Below are positions 48,192 through 58,139 of a stretch of 64,000 nucleotides of DNA, piece after piece. The stretch is from a bacterium (GTDB lineage Bacteria > RBG-13-61-14 > DATKZS01), in the NCBI GenBank assembly GCA_963674965.2, contig CAXXFL010000002.1:640001-704000 (forward strand), written 5' to 3'. The position numbers and the translations under genes are program-made. Numbering within the stretch: position 1 is the first letter of the stretch; each line of letters begins with the position of its first letter. The notes under the pieces are model-generated. The model was not told the origin of the DNA. It did no database searches and was given only the letters and a program-made list of their open reading frames with translations.

Positions 48192-49442
48192 ATGAAGGTA
48201 TGCGTAACCAGCTACCGCGGCAACATGTACAGCGGCGGGCAAGGGATATATCTTTATTATCTTACCCGCGAGCTGGCCAAACTGGGCCACGAGATCACCG
48301 TCCTAGTCGGACCTCCCTACCCCGCGGAAATGCCATGGGCCAGGGTCGTCAAGATTCCCAACGAGAATTTCTACGGGGTTAAAACCGACTGGCTGCCAAG
48401 GCCCGACCCCTTCAAAATTTTCGAGCCTCTCAACCTTTTCGAGTTCGTGGCCACCAGGCTGTGGATGTTCCCCGAGATGCTGGCCTTTTCCCTGCGGGCC
48501 TACGCCAGGCTCATCGAGCTTAACCGGGCGGGCGAGCGTTTCGACCTCATCCATGACAACCAGTGCCTCGGGTGGGGCCATGTTCTCATGAAGGCCTTCG
48601 GCGTCCCGGTCATCGCCAGTATACACCATCCCCTGGGCATGGATCGGGAGGCCGACTTCGAGCAGGCCTCCAGCCTGGGCGAGAGGGCCAGGCGAGTGGC
48701 CTTCTACCCATTTTTTATGCAGCCCGCGGTGGCCAGGAGGATGGACCTTTGGATTTCGGGATCGAAAGACTCGGCCGAGGCGGTGGCCGATAAATTCAGC
48801 CTCTCCCGCGAGAAGATGCGCGTCATTTACGACGGGGTGGACGAGAACGTTTACAAGCCAAGGGATGGGGTCGAGAAGGTACCGCGCCGCCTGATCTTCG
48901 TGGGCAACACCGAGGACAGGAAGAAGGGCATCCTTTACCTTATGCAGGCCATGTCCATGCTGCCCGAGGACGTGACCCTCATGATCGTGGACGGATGCTC
49001 GAAATGGAAATTCTTCGCCGGGGAGCTGATGGGCCGCTACAACCTGCACGGCCGGGTCGAGTTCCTGGCCCGCGTTCCCTCCGAGACCCTGGCCGAGGAG
49101 TACAGGAAGTCGGAGATAGCCGTGGTCCCCTCTGTCTACGAGGGCTTCGGCCTTCCCGCGGCCGAGGCCATGGCCTGCGGGGTCCCGGTGGTGAGCTCCG
49201 ACGGCGGGGCACTTCCCGAGGTGGTGGGACGAAATGGAGACGGGATCATAGTCCCGGCCAAGAACTCCGAGGCCCTGGCCGGCGCGATAAAGAAGCTTCT
49301 CGACGCCCCCAGGCTCAGGGAGGAACTGGGCGCGCGCGGCAATCGCCGGGCCATGGAGATGTTCACCTGGCGCCAGATGGCCATGGGAACGGCCGAGGTG
49401 TATGAAGAAGCCATCGAGATGAAACGCCATGCTCACCGTTGA
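48192..49442 (+). CDS. Glycosyltransferase family 4
   Basis: GGQGIY, GPPYP, HDNQCLG, RKKG, PSVYEGFGLPAAEAMACG. Confidence 0.92.
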   Translation: MKVCVTSYRGNMYSGGQGIYLYYLTRELAKLGHEITVLVGPPYPAEMPWARVVKIPNENFYGVKTDWLPRPDPFKIFEPLNLFEFVATRLWMFPEMLAFSLRAYARLIELNRAGERFDLIHDNQCLGWGHVLMKAFGVPVIASIHHPLGMDREADFEQASSLGERARRVAFYPFFMQPAVARRMDLWISGSKDSAEAVADKFSLSREKMRVIYDGVDENVYKPRDGVEKVPRRLIFVGNTEDRKKGILYLMQAMSMLPEDVTLMIVDGCSKWKFFAGELMGRYNLHGRVEFLARVPSETLAEEYRKSEIAVVPSVYEGFGLPAAEAMACGVPVVSSDGGALPEVVGRNGDGIIVPAKNSEALAGAIKKLLDAPRLREELGARGNRRAMEMFTWRQMAMGTAEVYEEAIEMKRHAHR

Positions 49443-50130
49443 CTTCGACCTCCTGGACGTAAGGCCCGGCCTGGATTTTCTCGACGCCGGATGCGGCGGG
49501 GGCCGGCACGCCTTCGAGGCCTACAGGAGGGGCGCGAGGGTCGTGGCCATGGACTACGACCTGGCGGAATGCAAAAAGGTGGTATACTCCTTTTCCTCGG
49601 CAAGCAGGGGAAGCGACGTTTTGGGAGAGTGGCGCATGGTCCATGGCGACGTGATCCTCCATCCCTTTAAGGACGAGAGCTTCGACCGCGTCATTTGCGC
49701 CGAGGTATGCGAGCATCTGCATGAGGACCTCCGGACCTTGAAGGGGCTTACGAGACTTTTAAAAAGCGGGGGCAGGATGGCCATTACCGTGCCCACTACT
49801 TTCAGCGAGGCCATATACGGGGTGATCGAACCTTTTTACTTCGAAAACCCCGGCGGTCACGTGAGGATTTTCACGCCCTGGGAACTGGCCGCCAAAATTA
49901 GGGCCGCCGGCCTCAAAATATACGCCATCCGGCACGCCCACGGGTTCCATACCCCCTATTGGCTGCTGCGGTGCATCTTCGGCCTGGAGGACGAGGGGCA
50001 TCCCATATCCTCGTCCTATAAGAAGTTTCTGGACATGGCCATCATGAGCCCGTTCATGACCAGGTTCGAGAGAAAGGTAATGGACAAGATTTGTCCCAAG
50101 AGCATAATATTTTACGCCTGGAAGCCCTAA
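49429..50130 (+). CDS. Class I SAM-dependent methyltransferase
   Basis: [35 protein letters not shown]; overlaps the GT4 gene. Confidence 0.88.
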   Translation: MLTVDFDLLDVRPGLDFLDAGCGGGRHAFEAYRRGARVVAMDYDLAECKKVVYSFSSASRGSDVLGEWRMVHGDVILHPFKDESFDRVICAEVCEHLHEDLRTLKGLTRLLKSGGRMAITVPTTFSEAIYGVIEPFYFENPGGHVRIFTPWELAAKIRAAGLKIYAIRHAHGFHTPYWLLRCIFGLEDEGHPISSSYKKFLDMAIMSPFMTRFERKVMDKICPKSIIFYAWKP

Positions 50131-50168
50131 GGCCGGGCGTTCCGAGATATCTTTCACGGGAGGATGAG

Positions 50169-51068
50169 ATGCGCGACTTTAAAAACGGCAAAAAAGGAAA
50201 CGTGCTAGTACTGGGCCTTCCAAAGGGAAGCCTGCAGGAGAGCACCTTCAGCCTTTTCAAGAAGGCCGGCTGGTCCATACGGGTTGGAGAGAGGGCCCTT
50301 ACCCCATCGGTGGACGACCCCGAGATAAGCTGTCTTCTCATCCGGGCCCAGGAGATGGCGGGCTACGTCGAGAAAGGCGTCCTGGACGCGGGCCTGACCG
50401 GGCGCGACTGGGTGGTCGAGCAGGGGGCGAAGGTCAAGGAGATATGCTCGCTCACCTACTCGAAGTCCAGCTTCAGAAAAGTCCGGTGGGTGGTGGCGGT
50501 GCCCGAGGAAAGCGATATCAAGACGGTCAAGGACCTGGACGGCAAAAGGATAGCCACCGAGGCCGTGAACATGACGAAGCGTTTTCTCAAGACCAAGGGA
50601 ATCAAGGCCGAGGTCGAGTTCAGTTGGGGGGCCACCGAGATCAAGCCCCCCGTGCTGGCCGACGCCATCGTCGAGCTGACCGAGACGGGGTCGTCCCTTC
50701 GGGCGAACAACCTTAAGATCATCGACACGGTGATGGAAAGCGAGACGGTGCTGGTGGCCAACCGGTCGGCCTTCAGGGACGACTGGAAGCGGGACAAGAT
50801 CGAGACCATGGCCCTCATGCTGCAGGGCGCTCTCGAGGCCGAGCACAAGGTCGGTCTCAAGATGAACGTGCCCATGGCCAGGTCCAGGGAGATTCTCGAT
50901 CTTCTTCCGGCCATGAAGACGCCCACCATCTCGAACCTGACCGACCCGAACTGGCAGGCCGTCGAGGTTGTCATAGACGAAAAGGACGTGAGAAGGCTTA
51001 TACCCGAGCTGAAAAAAGCCGGGGCCACGGGAATTATCGAGTACGCGCTTAATAAAGTAATTCCATAA
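50169..51068 (+). CDS. hisG: ATP phosphoribosyltransferase (long form)
   Basis: [40 protein letters not shown]-terminal PTISNL...LKKAGA domain. Confidence 0.95.
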   Translation: MRDFKNGKKGNVLVLGLPKGSLQESTFSLFKKAGWSIRVGERALTPSVDDPEISCLLIRAQEMAGYVEKGVLDAGLTGRDWVVEQGAKVKEICSLTYSKSSFRKVRWVVAVPEESDIKTVKDLDGKRIATEAVNMTKRFLKTKGIKAEVEFSWGATEIKPPVLADAIVELTETGSSLRANNLKIIDTVMESETVLVANRSAFRDDWKRDKIETMALMLQGALEAEHKVGLKMNVPMARSREILDLLPAMKTPTISNLTDPNWQAVEVVIDEKDVRRLIPELKKAGATGIIEYALNKVIP

Positions 51069-51131
51069 GGCAAGGGCCCGCGAGCGGGCCGCCAGGACGG
51101 CGGCGTATATTTCCCGCGCCGCCGGGGGAGG

Positions 51132-52916
51132 ATGGTTAACCGGATGAGCGCCCTTTTAAAAGGGGAGAGATACGAGACGGTCCCCCCCGGGTCCCCGAAA
51201 AGGGAACTCATGGCCGCCGCCGTCGGCTACGCGCTCATCACGACCATACTCACCTGGCCGATAATAGTATCGCCCGACCAGTACGTCATCTCCGAGTTCA
51301 TGGACGTGGTGGCCGGGTTCTACAATCCCTGGTGGTTCCACAAGGCCCTGGTCGAGCTTCACCAGTCGCCATGGACCAGCCCCCTCATCGATTACCCTTA
51401 CGGCTACTCCATGGTCCTGTACCCCGTCTGGGTACCTTACGACCTTATATGCCTTCCCTTCGTGCATATCGCCGGCATCGAGGGACTGCCGGTCGTCTTC
51501 AATCTCGTCATCCTCGCCGCCTTCGTGGCCAGGGGCCTCTCGGGCTTCGCGTGTGTAAGGTACGTGACGGAAAATCCCGGGGCTTCCTTTTTCGCCGGAC
51601 TGGTGGCGGCCTTCTCGCCCTTCGTCATGTGGAACTTGACCCGCTGGCACGTGACCTGTCTCGAACTGGTGTTGCCCTGCCTTTATTTCTATATCCGGAC
51701 CCTGCGGGAAAACAATACGCGGACCGCCGCCGCCTTCACGGTTTTTTGCGCCCTCATCGCGTATACTTCGCCAAACTACTCCGCCGACATGGTCCTGGCC
51801 ATCCCTCTCATTACAATTCTGCTTTATTTCTCCGAGCCGGGATTCAAGCCCAATCTCGCCGTCGCGAAAAAGCTGGGGCTAGCTTTTACGGCTACCTTCG
51901 TCATTTGTCTTCCCCTTATAATCAGGCTGGCCATGGAAATCCTCGGAAGCGGCGCGCCCGTTTCGCAGGACGAGTCGGTCAGGATTAAATTCTCCGCCAA
52001 CCTTATCGGACTGGTCACGCCGGGAACGAACCTCCAGGCCTACTCGTCCCTTGCGCCCAGGCTGCCCTACCCCGACGAGGGCCTTGGCCGCGAGCACGGC
52101 ATAGGCGGCTATGAGATTTTCCTCGGCTATTCGGTCATCGCCCTGGCCGCGATCGGGGCCGCCTCACGGTGGAAAAAGGCCCTGCCCTTTATCGGCCTGG
52201 CCGCTTTATTCCTTCTTCTCTCAATGGGACCTGCATTCCACGCGGGTCGGTTCACCGCCTCCTTGGCCGCGCCTTATCGCTACCTGGAGGCGCTCCTTCC
52301 CTGGCTAAAGGTCGAGAGGGCCCCGGTCAGGCACATGGGCCTGGTCATGGCCGCCATGGCCGTCCTGGCCGGACTGGGACTCGCTCGCCTGTCCGAATTC
52401 TTTGACGCCAAATGGAGACGGCCGCTTTACGTCCTGACCGCCCTTATTGTGTCGATCGAGTACAACCAGGCCCCTCTCAAGCTGGACCGGATACCCATAC
52501 CGGACTTCGTGTACGAGATACGGGACGATCCCTCGCCGGGGTCCGTGCTCGATATTCCATACCTCCCGGTGGTCAAGCGGATAGGCGGCATTCACCAGAT
52601 GTATCATGAAAAGCCCCTCGTCTATCAGTTGACCCGCCGTCGTGACGACCCCCGCTACCTGGAGGGGACCCTGTTCAAGTATTTCGACCGGCCCGGGAAA
52701 TGGCCGTCCATGCAAGACGAACGAAAAGAGGAGGCCCTGGACGAGCTGCGCGGAGAGTTCGTTCTCCGCGACCTGCGCTACGTCTGCGCCTACCCCAGGT
52801 TCATGGAGCCGGAGGACGTGAAGGGCCTCGAGACCATGATGCGTGACGCGGGCGCTCTTCGGACCCTGGTCGAGAACGACAAGTATATCGTCTATCAACT
52901 CGTGCCTCGGCGATAG
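51132..52916 (+). CDS. Multi-TM membrane protein, GT-C/YfhO-like
   Basis: YPYG, many TM helices, FLGY, LSMGP, RAPVR, soluble C-terminal domain. Confidence 0.6.
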   Translation: MVNRMSALLKGERYETVPPGSPKRELMAAAVGYALITTILTWPIIVSPDQYVISEFMDVVAGFYNPWWFHKALVELHQSPWTSPLIDYPYGYSMVLYPVWVPYDLICLPFVHIAGIEGLPVVFNLVILAAFVARGLSGFACVRYVTENPGASFFAGLVAAFSPFVMWNLTRWHVTCLELVLPCLYFYIRTLRENNTRTAAAFTVFCALIAYTSPNYSADMVLAIPLITILLYFSEPGFKPNLAVAKKLGLAFTATFVICLPLIIRLAMEILGSGAPVSQDESVRIKFSANLIGLVTPGTNLQAYSSLAPRLPYPDEGLGREHGIGGYEIFLGYSVIALAAIGAASRWKKALPFIGLAALFLLLSMGPAFHAGRFTASLAAPYRYLEALLPWLKVERAPVRHMGLVMAAMAVLAGLGLARLSEFFDAKWRRPLYVLTALIVSIEYNQAPLKLDRIPIPDFVYEIRDDPSPGSVLDIPYLPVVKRIGGIHQMYHEKPLVYQLTRRRDDPRYLEGTLFKYFDRPGKWPSMQDERKEEALDELRGEFVLRDLRYVCAYPRFMEPEDVKGLETMMRDAGALRTLVENDKYIVYQLVPRR

Positions 52917-53148
52917 GATATTTGACTTACCCTTTTGTCATTCCCTGAAAAATTGTCCGATCGGTAGAAAACTATTAGATATTGCGTTTCGACTCGTATA
53001 TAATATGATGCCAGGGGAACCCCGGGACTTTCGCGGAAGGGACAACGCGTTGGTCCGGGGAAAATCTATGGCGTGGCCGTCCTTTTCTGGGGAGAGGAAG
53101 ACGGCCGGGCGAAAGGAAGTCATGGGGACAATCAAACGAGAGGGGGGA

Positions 53149-53712
53149 ATGATGGATCTGGTTCGATCGACGATCGGCCCGATCGCCTTTGCCCTGGCCT
53201 TTTCCGCGGCTTATTGCGCCGGCCACAAGCTGGTTAAGGCCGAGGTGGAGAACGGCGCCACCGCGTCTCCCGCTCCGGGCGACACGGTATCCCGGACCGG
53301 GAAGTGCGCTCCGGACGAAAAGGTGAAATGGCTCACGGAGAATGAGGCCGTAACTCTGGGCAAGGAAAGCGGGAAACCGATAGTTATTGTCTTTTACAAC
53401 GACCATTGCAGGAAATGCGAGGTGTTGGAGGACAAGGGGTTCAACAGGCCCGAGACGGCCTGTTACGTTAACGGGCGGCTGGCGGCCTCCAGGATCAACG
53501 GGGAAAAGGAGGCCGAGCTGAAGAAGAAGTATCGGGTAAACTACTACCCCACGGTCTGGTTCCTTACGCCCGAGGCCAAGGAAATCGACTCCTTCAGCGG
53601 GTACGTAGATCCGGACAAGTTGTTTTTAATCCTGCAGTTCGTGGGGGAAAAGGCCTACGAGACCAAAACCTTCGCCGAGTACGAGAAAGAAAAAAAAGGA
53701 CCCTCCCCCTGA
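53149..53712 (+). CDS. Exported thioredoxin-fold protein (SoxW-like)
   Basis: Signal sequence, GKPIVIVF..DHCRKC, YPTVWFL, GY; upstream of ccdA; start could be 53122. Confidence 0.82.
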   Translation: MMDLVRSTIGPIAFALAFSAAYCAGHKLVKAEVENGATASPAPGDTVSRTGKCAPDEKVKWLTENEAVTLGKESGKPIVIVFYNDHCRKCEVLEDKGFNRPETACYVNGRLAASRINGEKEAELKKKYRVNYYPTVWFLTPEAKEIDSFSGYVDPDKLFLILQFVGEKAYETKTFAEYEKEKKGPSP

Positions 53713-53837
53713 AGCCGAACGGCCCTTTCGAGGGTCGTGAATAATACGCGGCCCTTCGCCGAAAAAGCGACTATAATATCCAAAGGGCCCGGCCATGTTT
53801 TTGCCCGGCCCAAACGCCAAGGAGGAATTCAGCCAAT

Positions 53838-54587
53838 ATGTTTCAGCAGGCTCCGAGCTTTTTCGCCGCGTTTACCGCGGGTTTTTTGTCTTTTCTGACT
53901 CCATGCGTTCTGCCGCTGGTCCCGGGCTATATCTCTTTCATCTCCGGCGTATCCCTCTCCGACCTTCAACAAAAAGAAGGGGCGGGGGGATGGAAGAAGC
54001 TGATACCCGTCATGCTTTCCACTCTCGCCTTCGTGATCGGCTTCTCGCTGGTGTTCGTGTCCACCGGGGCCCTCATCCAATACCTGGGCGGGACCCTGGC
54101 CGAGTATAAGGTCTGGCTGGTGCGGGCCGCGGGACTGGTGATAATAATTTTCGGACTTCACATGGCGGGCGCTTTCAAGATTCAGGCGCTTTTGCGGGAG
54201 AAGCGACTTGACGGCGGCGCCAAGGGCGGCGGCATACCCCGGGCTTTCGCGCTTGGAGTGGCCTTCGCCTTCGGCTGGACCCCCTGCGTGGGCCCGATCC
54301 TGGGGGCCATCCTGGGCCTGGCCGCGTCGCAGGATAAAATCGGACAAGCCGTCATCCTTATGTGCCTTTACTCGGCCGGCCTGGCCATCCCCTTCTTTTT
54401 AACGGGCCTGGCGGTGGACTCCTTTTTCAAGGCCTTCGACAAAATCAAGCGTCACTTCCGCAAGATCGAGATCGTGGCCGGAAGCCTCCTTGTGGTTATC
54501 GGCGTGGTAATGTTTCTCAACCAGTTCGACCTTTTAAAGGACTTGTTTCTTTATATCGTGCCCGAGAAGCTGAACACCCTGGGTTAA
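53838..54587 (+). CDS. ccdA: Cytochrome c biogenesis / thiol-disulfide membrane transporter
   Basis: SFLTPCVLPLVPGY and FGWTPCVGPILG motifs, YSAGLAIPF. Confidence 0.93.
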   Translation: MFQQAPSFFAAFTAGFLSFLTPCVLPLVPGYISFISGVSLSDLQQKEGAGGWKKLIPVMLSTLAFVIGFSLVFVSTGALIQYLGGTLAEYKVWLVRAAGLVIIIFGLHMAGAFKIQALLREKRLDGGAKGGGIPRAFALGVAFAFGWTPCVGPILGAILGLAASQDKIGQAVILMCLYSAGLAIPFFLTGLAVDSFFKAFDKIKRHFRKIEIVAGSLLVVIGVVMFLNQFDLLKDLFLYIVPEKLNTLG

Positions 54588-54624
54588 CCGTTTCGCCCGC
54601 TCGGGCGGATAATAGGAGGAGGCC

Positions 54625-55938
54625 ATGAAGACGATCGAAACCGACCACGTAATAGTCGGCTCCGGCCCCGGCGGAGCGGGGGTAGCCCTCGAGTTGGCCC
54701 GGGCGGGCAGGAAGGCGATCATCCTCGAGAAGGGCAGGCGCCATCCCATCACCGACGGCAAGATCAACTCCTACAGGATGTACGACAAGTGGGCGGTCTT
54801 CTCGCGCTCCGAGGAGGGAGTCATAATCGACCGGGCCATAACCCTGGGAGGTTGCTCGGTGGTATTCTCGGGCAATTCCTTCGATCCTCCCGGCTGGCTG
54901 GAGGAGGAGATGGGCCTTAACCTCGCGCCCTACGCTGACGAGGTCAAGGAGGAGATAGGGATAAAGCCCTTTACTGAAGACTTCACCGAGCCCTGGGTCG
55001 GCGCCCGGAGGATGAGGGAGGCGGCGCTCGATCTGGGCGTGGACATGAAGCCGCAGGACAAGTTCATCCGTCAGGAGTCATGCCGCAACGTGTGCGACGG
55101 CTGCATGACGGGCTGCCGCAACGGGGCTAAATGGACGGCCCGGGAATGGATAGACGAGGCGGTGAAGCTTGGCGTCGAGGTAATCACCGAGGCCGACGTA
55201 AAGAAGGTTGTCATCGAGAACGGCAAGGCGGCGGGAGTCGTCGCCGAAACGCCAGGTGGCCGGATCATGGTCAAGGGCGACAAGGTCATCGTCTCGGCGG
55301 GCGGTATCGGCACGGGCGTTCTTCTCCAGAAATCGGGCCTCGAGGAGGCGGGGGGCAACTTTTACATGGACCCCATGAACGTGCTCTTCGGCATGACCGA
55401 CGAGCCCTATAACGATAAAAGCGAGATGACCTTCAGCTACGCCACCAACGACACGGCCGACGAGAGGGGCTACATTATCGGCAACGTGGGGGGCAAGGGA
55501 GCCTGGCTCTCGCAGCTTTTCCGGGCCAAGACCTTTCTCAAGGCCATGCGCTCCGCGGGCAAATGGGACCGCATGATGGGTACCTTCATCAAGATAGCCG
55601 ACTCGGCCGAGGGACGGGTCGAGGCCGACGGCCGGATGAAGAAGCCCTTCAATGGGGAAGACCGCCGCCGGGCCGGCGAGGCCACGGAACTGGCCCGGAA
55701 AATCATGATCAAGGCGGGCGTCAGGCCCGAGACCATACTGGTGGCCGAGAACATCGGCGGCCATCCCGGCGGCACGGCGGCCATGGGCAAGATCGTGGAC
55801 TCGAATCTAGAGGTCATGGGCGTAAGGGACCTTTTCGTCTGCGACGCCGGCGTCTTTCCCCGCTCTCCCGGCAGGCCGCCGACCCTGATGATCCTGGCCC
55901 TGGCCAGGAAGTTCGGACGCGAGTTGGCCGCTGGATAG
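54625..55938 (+). CDS. GMC-family FAD oxidoreductase
   Basis: IVGSGPGG, LEKG, LGGCS, CxxxCxxCxxGC, SAGGIGT, HPGGTA, DAGVFP...PP.L. Confidence 0.85.
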   Translation: MKTIETDHVIVGSGPGGAGVALELARAGRKAIILEKGRRHPITDGKINSYRMYDKWAVFSRSEEGVIIDRAITLGGCSVVFSGNSFDPPGWLEEEMGLNLAPYADEVKEEIGIKPFTEDFTEPWVGARRMREAALDLGVDMKPQDKFIRQESCRNVCDGCMTGCRNGAKWTAREWIDEAVKLGVEVITEADVKKVVIENGKAAGVVAETPGGRIMVKGDKVIVSAGGIGTGVLLQKSGLEEAGGNFYMDPMNVLFGMTDEPYNDKSEMTFSYATNDTADERGYIIGNVGGKGAWLSQLFRAKTFLKAMRSAGKWDRMMGTFIKIADSAEGRVEADGRMKKPFNGEDRRRAGEATELARKIMIKAGVRPETILVAENIGGHPGGTAAMGKIVDSNLEVMGVRDLFVCDAGVFPRSPGRPPTLMILALARKFGRELAAG

Positions 55939-56131
55939 GTCGGGTATCGAGGGCGTCGGCCGCCTTTCCGGCCGGACAATGGAAAGTCGGCCGGGTCCCT
56001 TTTCTTTTTCGCTCTATAGTGCTAATTTAGCCAAGTCGAGATAAATCGCCGGCTCGTCCGGCCCCAAAATTATGCTTAATCAACCTCATGAGGCAAGGGG
56101 CTATTAAGCCGCTCCCTGGCAAGCGGAGAGA

Positions 56132-56497
56132 ATGAACATGCGCGGCATGTCGGACGTTCCGAAAAAAATCCTCGATTTCGAACAGGCCCTCGATCGGGTG
56201 GGCGGAAGAAAGGCCCTTCTCGTTAAGATCATCAACACCTTCGTGCATGAGATTCCCGGCCAGATCGCCCATCTGCAGCAGGCCCTGCGGGCGAACGACA
56301 TGGAGGAAGCCGAGAGAAAGGCCCATGGAATGAACGGCTCGGCCAGCCTGATCGGCGCCGATCGCTTCCGCGGCAAGGCCCTCCAGATCGAGCTTTGCCT
56401 CAAGTCCGGCTCCGTTCCCACCAGCGAACAGCTTGAGGAGCTGGACGGCGAGTTTCAGGCTTTCATGGATGAAGTCGGAAGGCGTAAGCTTCTCTAG
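56132..56497 (+). CDS. Stand-alone Hpt (histidine phosphotransfer) protein
   Basis: ALDRVGG...AHGMNGSASLIGA; phospho-acceptor His retained. Confidence 0.85.
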   Translation: MNMRGMSDVPKKILDFEQALDRVGGRKALLVKIINTFVHEIPGQIAHLQQALRANDMEEAERKAHGMNGSASLIGADRFRGKALQIELCLKSGSVPTSEQLEELDGEFQAFMDEVGRRKLL

Positions 56498-58011
56498 TCC
56501 CCTTCTTTCTCCCGTTCAGGTTTGATCCTTCTTTTTTCCAGCTTTCCCGTCAGGGTACGGGGGATTTCCCGAACGAACTCGACCTTTCTCGGTCTTTTAT
56601 AGCGTGCTATCCGCTGGGCGCACCAGTTAATGACCTCCTCCTCCGTAAGGCCCGAGCCCGGTTTCTTCATAACGTAGGCCTCGGCCCTCTCTCCCCAAAT
56701 GGGATCGGGCTTTCCCACCACCGCCGCGTCCACCACCTCGGGGTGCTCGACGATGGCGGCCTCGATCTCGGAGGGGGAGACGTTCTCGCCTCCCGTGATG
56801 ATAAGCTGCTTTTTCCGGTCCACGATGTAGAAGAAGCCATCGGAGTCGGTCCTGGCCAGGTCGCCGGTGTAAAGCCAGCCGTCCCTGACCGCGTCGGCCG
56901 TGGCCTCGGGCTTGTCCCAGTAGCCCTTCATCACGTGGCCGGCCCGGATTATGACCTCCCCCACCTGGTTCACGGGAACGTCCAAACCGTTGTCGTCCAC
57001 CAGCCTGACCTCGGTGTGAAAAAACGGCAGGCCGCAGGACCCCATCTTCTCCAGGGCGTACTCTCCGTCAATGACCAGCACCGGGCCCGAGCTCTCGGTA
57101 AGGCCGTAAAGCTGCCTGACCCTGATGCCGTGGCCCGCGTACTCCCGGATGAGATCGGAGGGGGTGGCCGAGCCGTAGCTGAGGATATTTTCCACCCGGT
57201 CCATGCCCTTTTCCTTGAAGATTCCCGTCTCCTTGATAAAGAAAAGCATGGTGGGCACGACCCCGAAAGAGTTGACCCCCTCCTCGTTAACCAGTTCGAC
57301 GAACCGGTGAGGGTTGAACTTGCGCGGAAGCACGCAGCTTATGCCCCGGTGCATGAAAAAGGGAAGCCATCCCAGGGCCCCGATGTGAAAAAAGGGAAGA
57401 GGCAAAAGGAAGCTCGGCCCCAGCCGGTTGAGGGTCGCGCTCATGGTGATCGAGGCCCAGAGGAAATTCTCGTGCGTGAGCATGACTCCCCTGGGCTTTC
57501 CCGCCACCCATCCGGTGTAGATTATAACCAGCTCGTCGTCGTTTCCTCCCTCCACCATGGGCTCGAAGTCCTTGGCCCGGGACATGAGGTCCTCATAGGA
57601 AGGGTCTTTTCCCCTGCCCTCCCCTATCCGGACCGCTCGGAAAGGCGGGACCTCGTCCCTTATCGAGTCGATCAGGCCGTCGAACTCGGGACCGTAAACC
57701 ACCACCCTCGGCCCGGCGTCCTCGATGACGTCCCTCAACTCCGCCGAGCTAAGCCGATGGTTGACCGGGACCAGGATGCCGCCGTTCTTGCCCAGCCCGA
57801 AGAAGAGGTCGTAGTGCTCGACCCCGTTCAGGGCCACCACGCACACGCGGTCCCCGGGCCTGACGCCCAGGCCGTCGGTGACGTGAGCCATGCGGTTGGC
57901 CCGCTTGTTAAGCTCGTGGAACGTGTATCTTTTGCCTTCCGCTACCAGGCCCACCGTGCCCGGGTTGAGCATGGCCCGCTTGGTAAGGAACCTGCCGGCG
58001 TTAACGTTCAT
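56494..58011 (-). CDS. AMP-forming acyl-CoA ligase (long-chain fatty acid/MenE-like) with an atypical P-loop
   Basis: PFFHIG, YGLTE, GYW, GWLYTGD, GGENV, PRTLTGK; GGGGGAG RBS before ATG 58011. Confidence 0.88.
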   Translation of the reverse strand: MNVNAGRFLTKRAMLNPGTVGLVAEGKRYTFHELNKRANRMAHVTDGLGVRPGDRVCVVALNGVEHYDLFFGLGKNGGILVPVNHRLSSAELRDVIEDAGPRVVVYGPEFDGLIDSIRDEVPPFRAVRIGEGRGKDPSYEDLMSRAKDFEPMVEGGNDDELVIIYTGWVAGKPRGVMLTHENFLWASITMSATLNRLGPSFLLPLPFFHIGALGWLPFFMHRGISCVLPRKFNPHRFVELVNEEGVNSFGVVPTMLFFIKETGIFKEKGMDRVENILSYGSATPSDLIREYAGHGIRVRQLYGLTESSGPVLVIDGEYALEKMGSCGLPFFHTEVRLVDDNGLDVPVNQVGEVIIRAGHVMKGYWDKPEATADAVRDGWLYTGDLARTDSDGFFYIVDRKKQLIITGGENVSPSEIEAAIVEHPEVVDAAVVGKPDPIWGERAEAYVMKKPGSGLTEEEVINWCAQRIARYKRPRKVEFVREIPRTLTGKLEKRRIKPEREKEGD

Positions 58012-58139
58012 CTCTCCCCCATTCGTCCTTCTTCTTGCGACGCCCGGACCCGAGGCCGTATACGACAGCAAAGCGGCGACCTCGGGCCTTGGCTCTCACT
58101 GACCCGTAACAAGATTGTACCGATACTCGCCCGGCCATT

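Noticed and set aside
52843..53121. Long N-terminal extension of the thioredoxin ORF
   Set aside because: Overlaps the upstream gene and an AT-rich promoter-like gap; RBS and signal peptide fit a start at 53122 or 53149
44856..54607. Short intergenic GC hairpins with CGAG/GCTC loops at 44856-44869, 51075-51090 and 54594-54607 as a REP-like family
   Set aside because: Stems of only 5-6 bp with differing sequences; plausible by chance in GC-rich DNA
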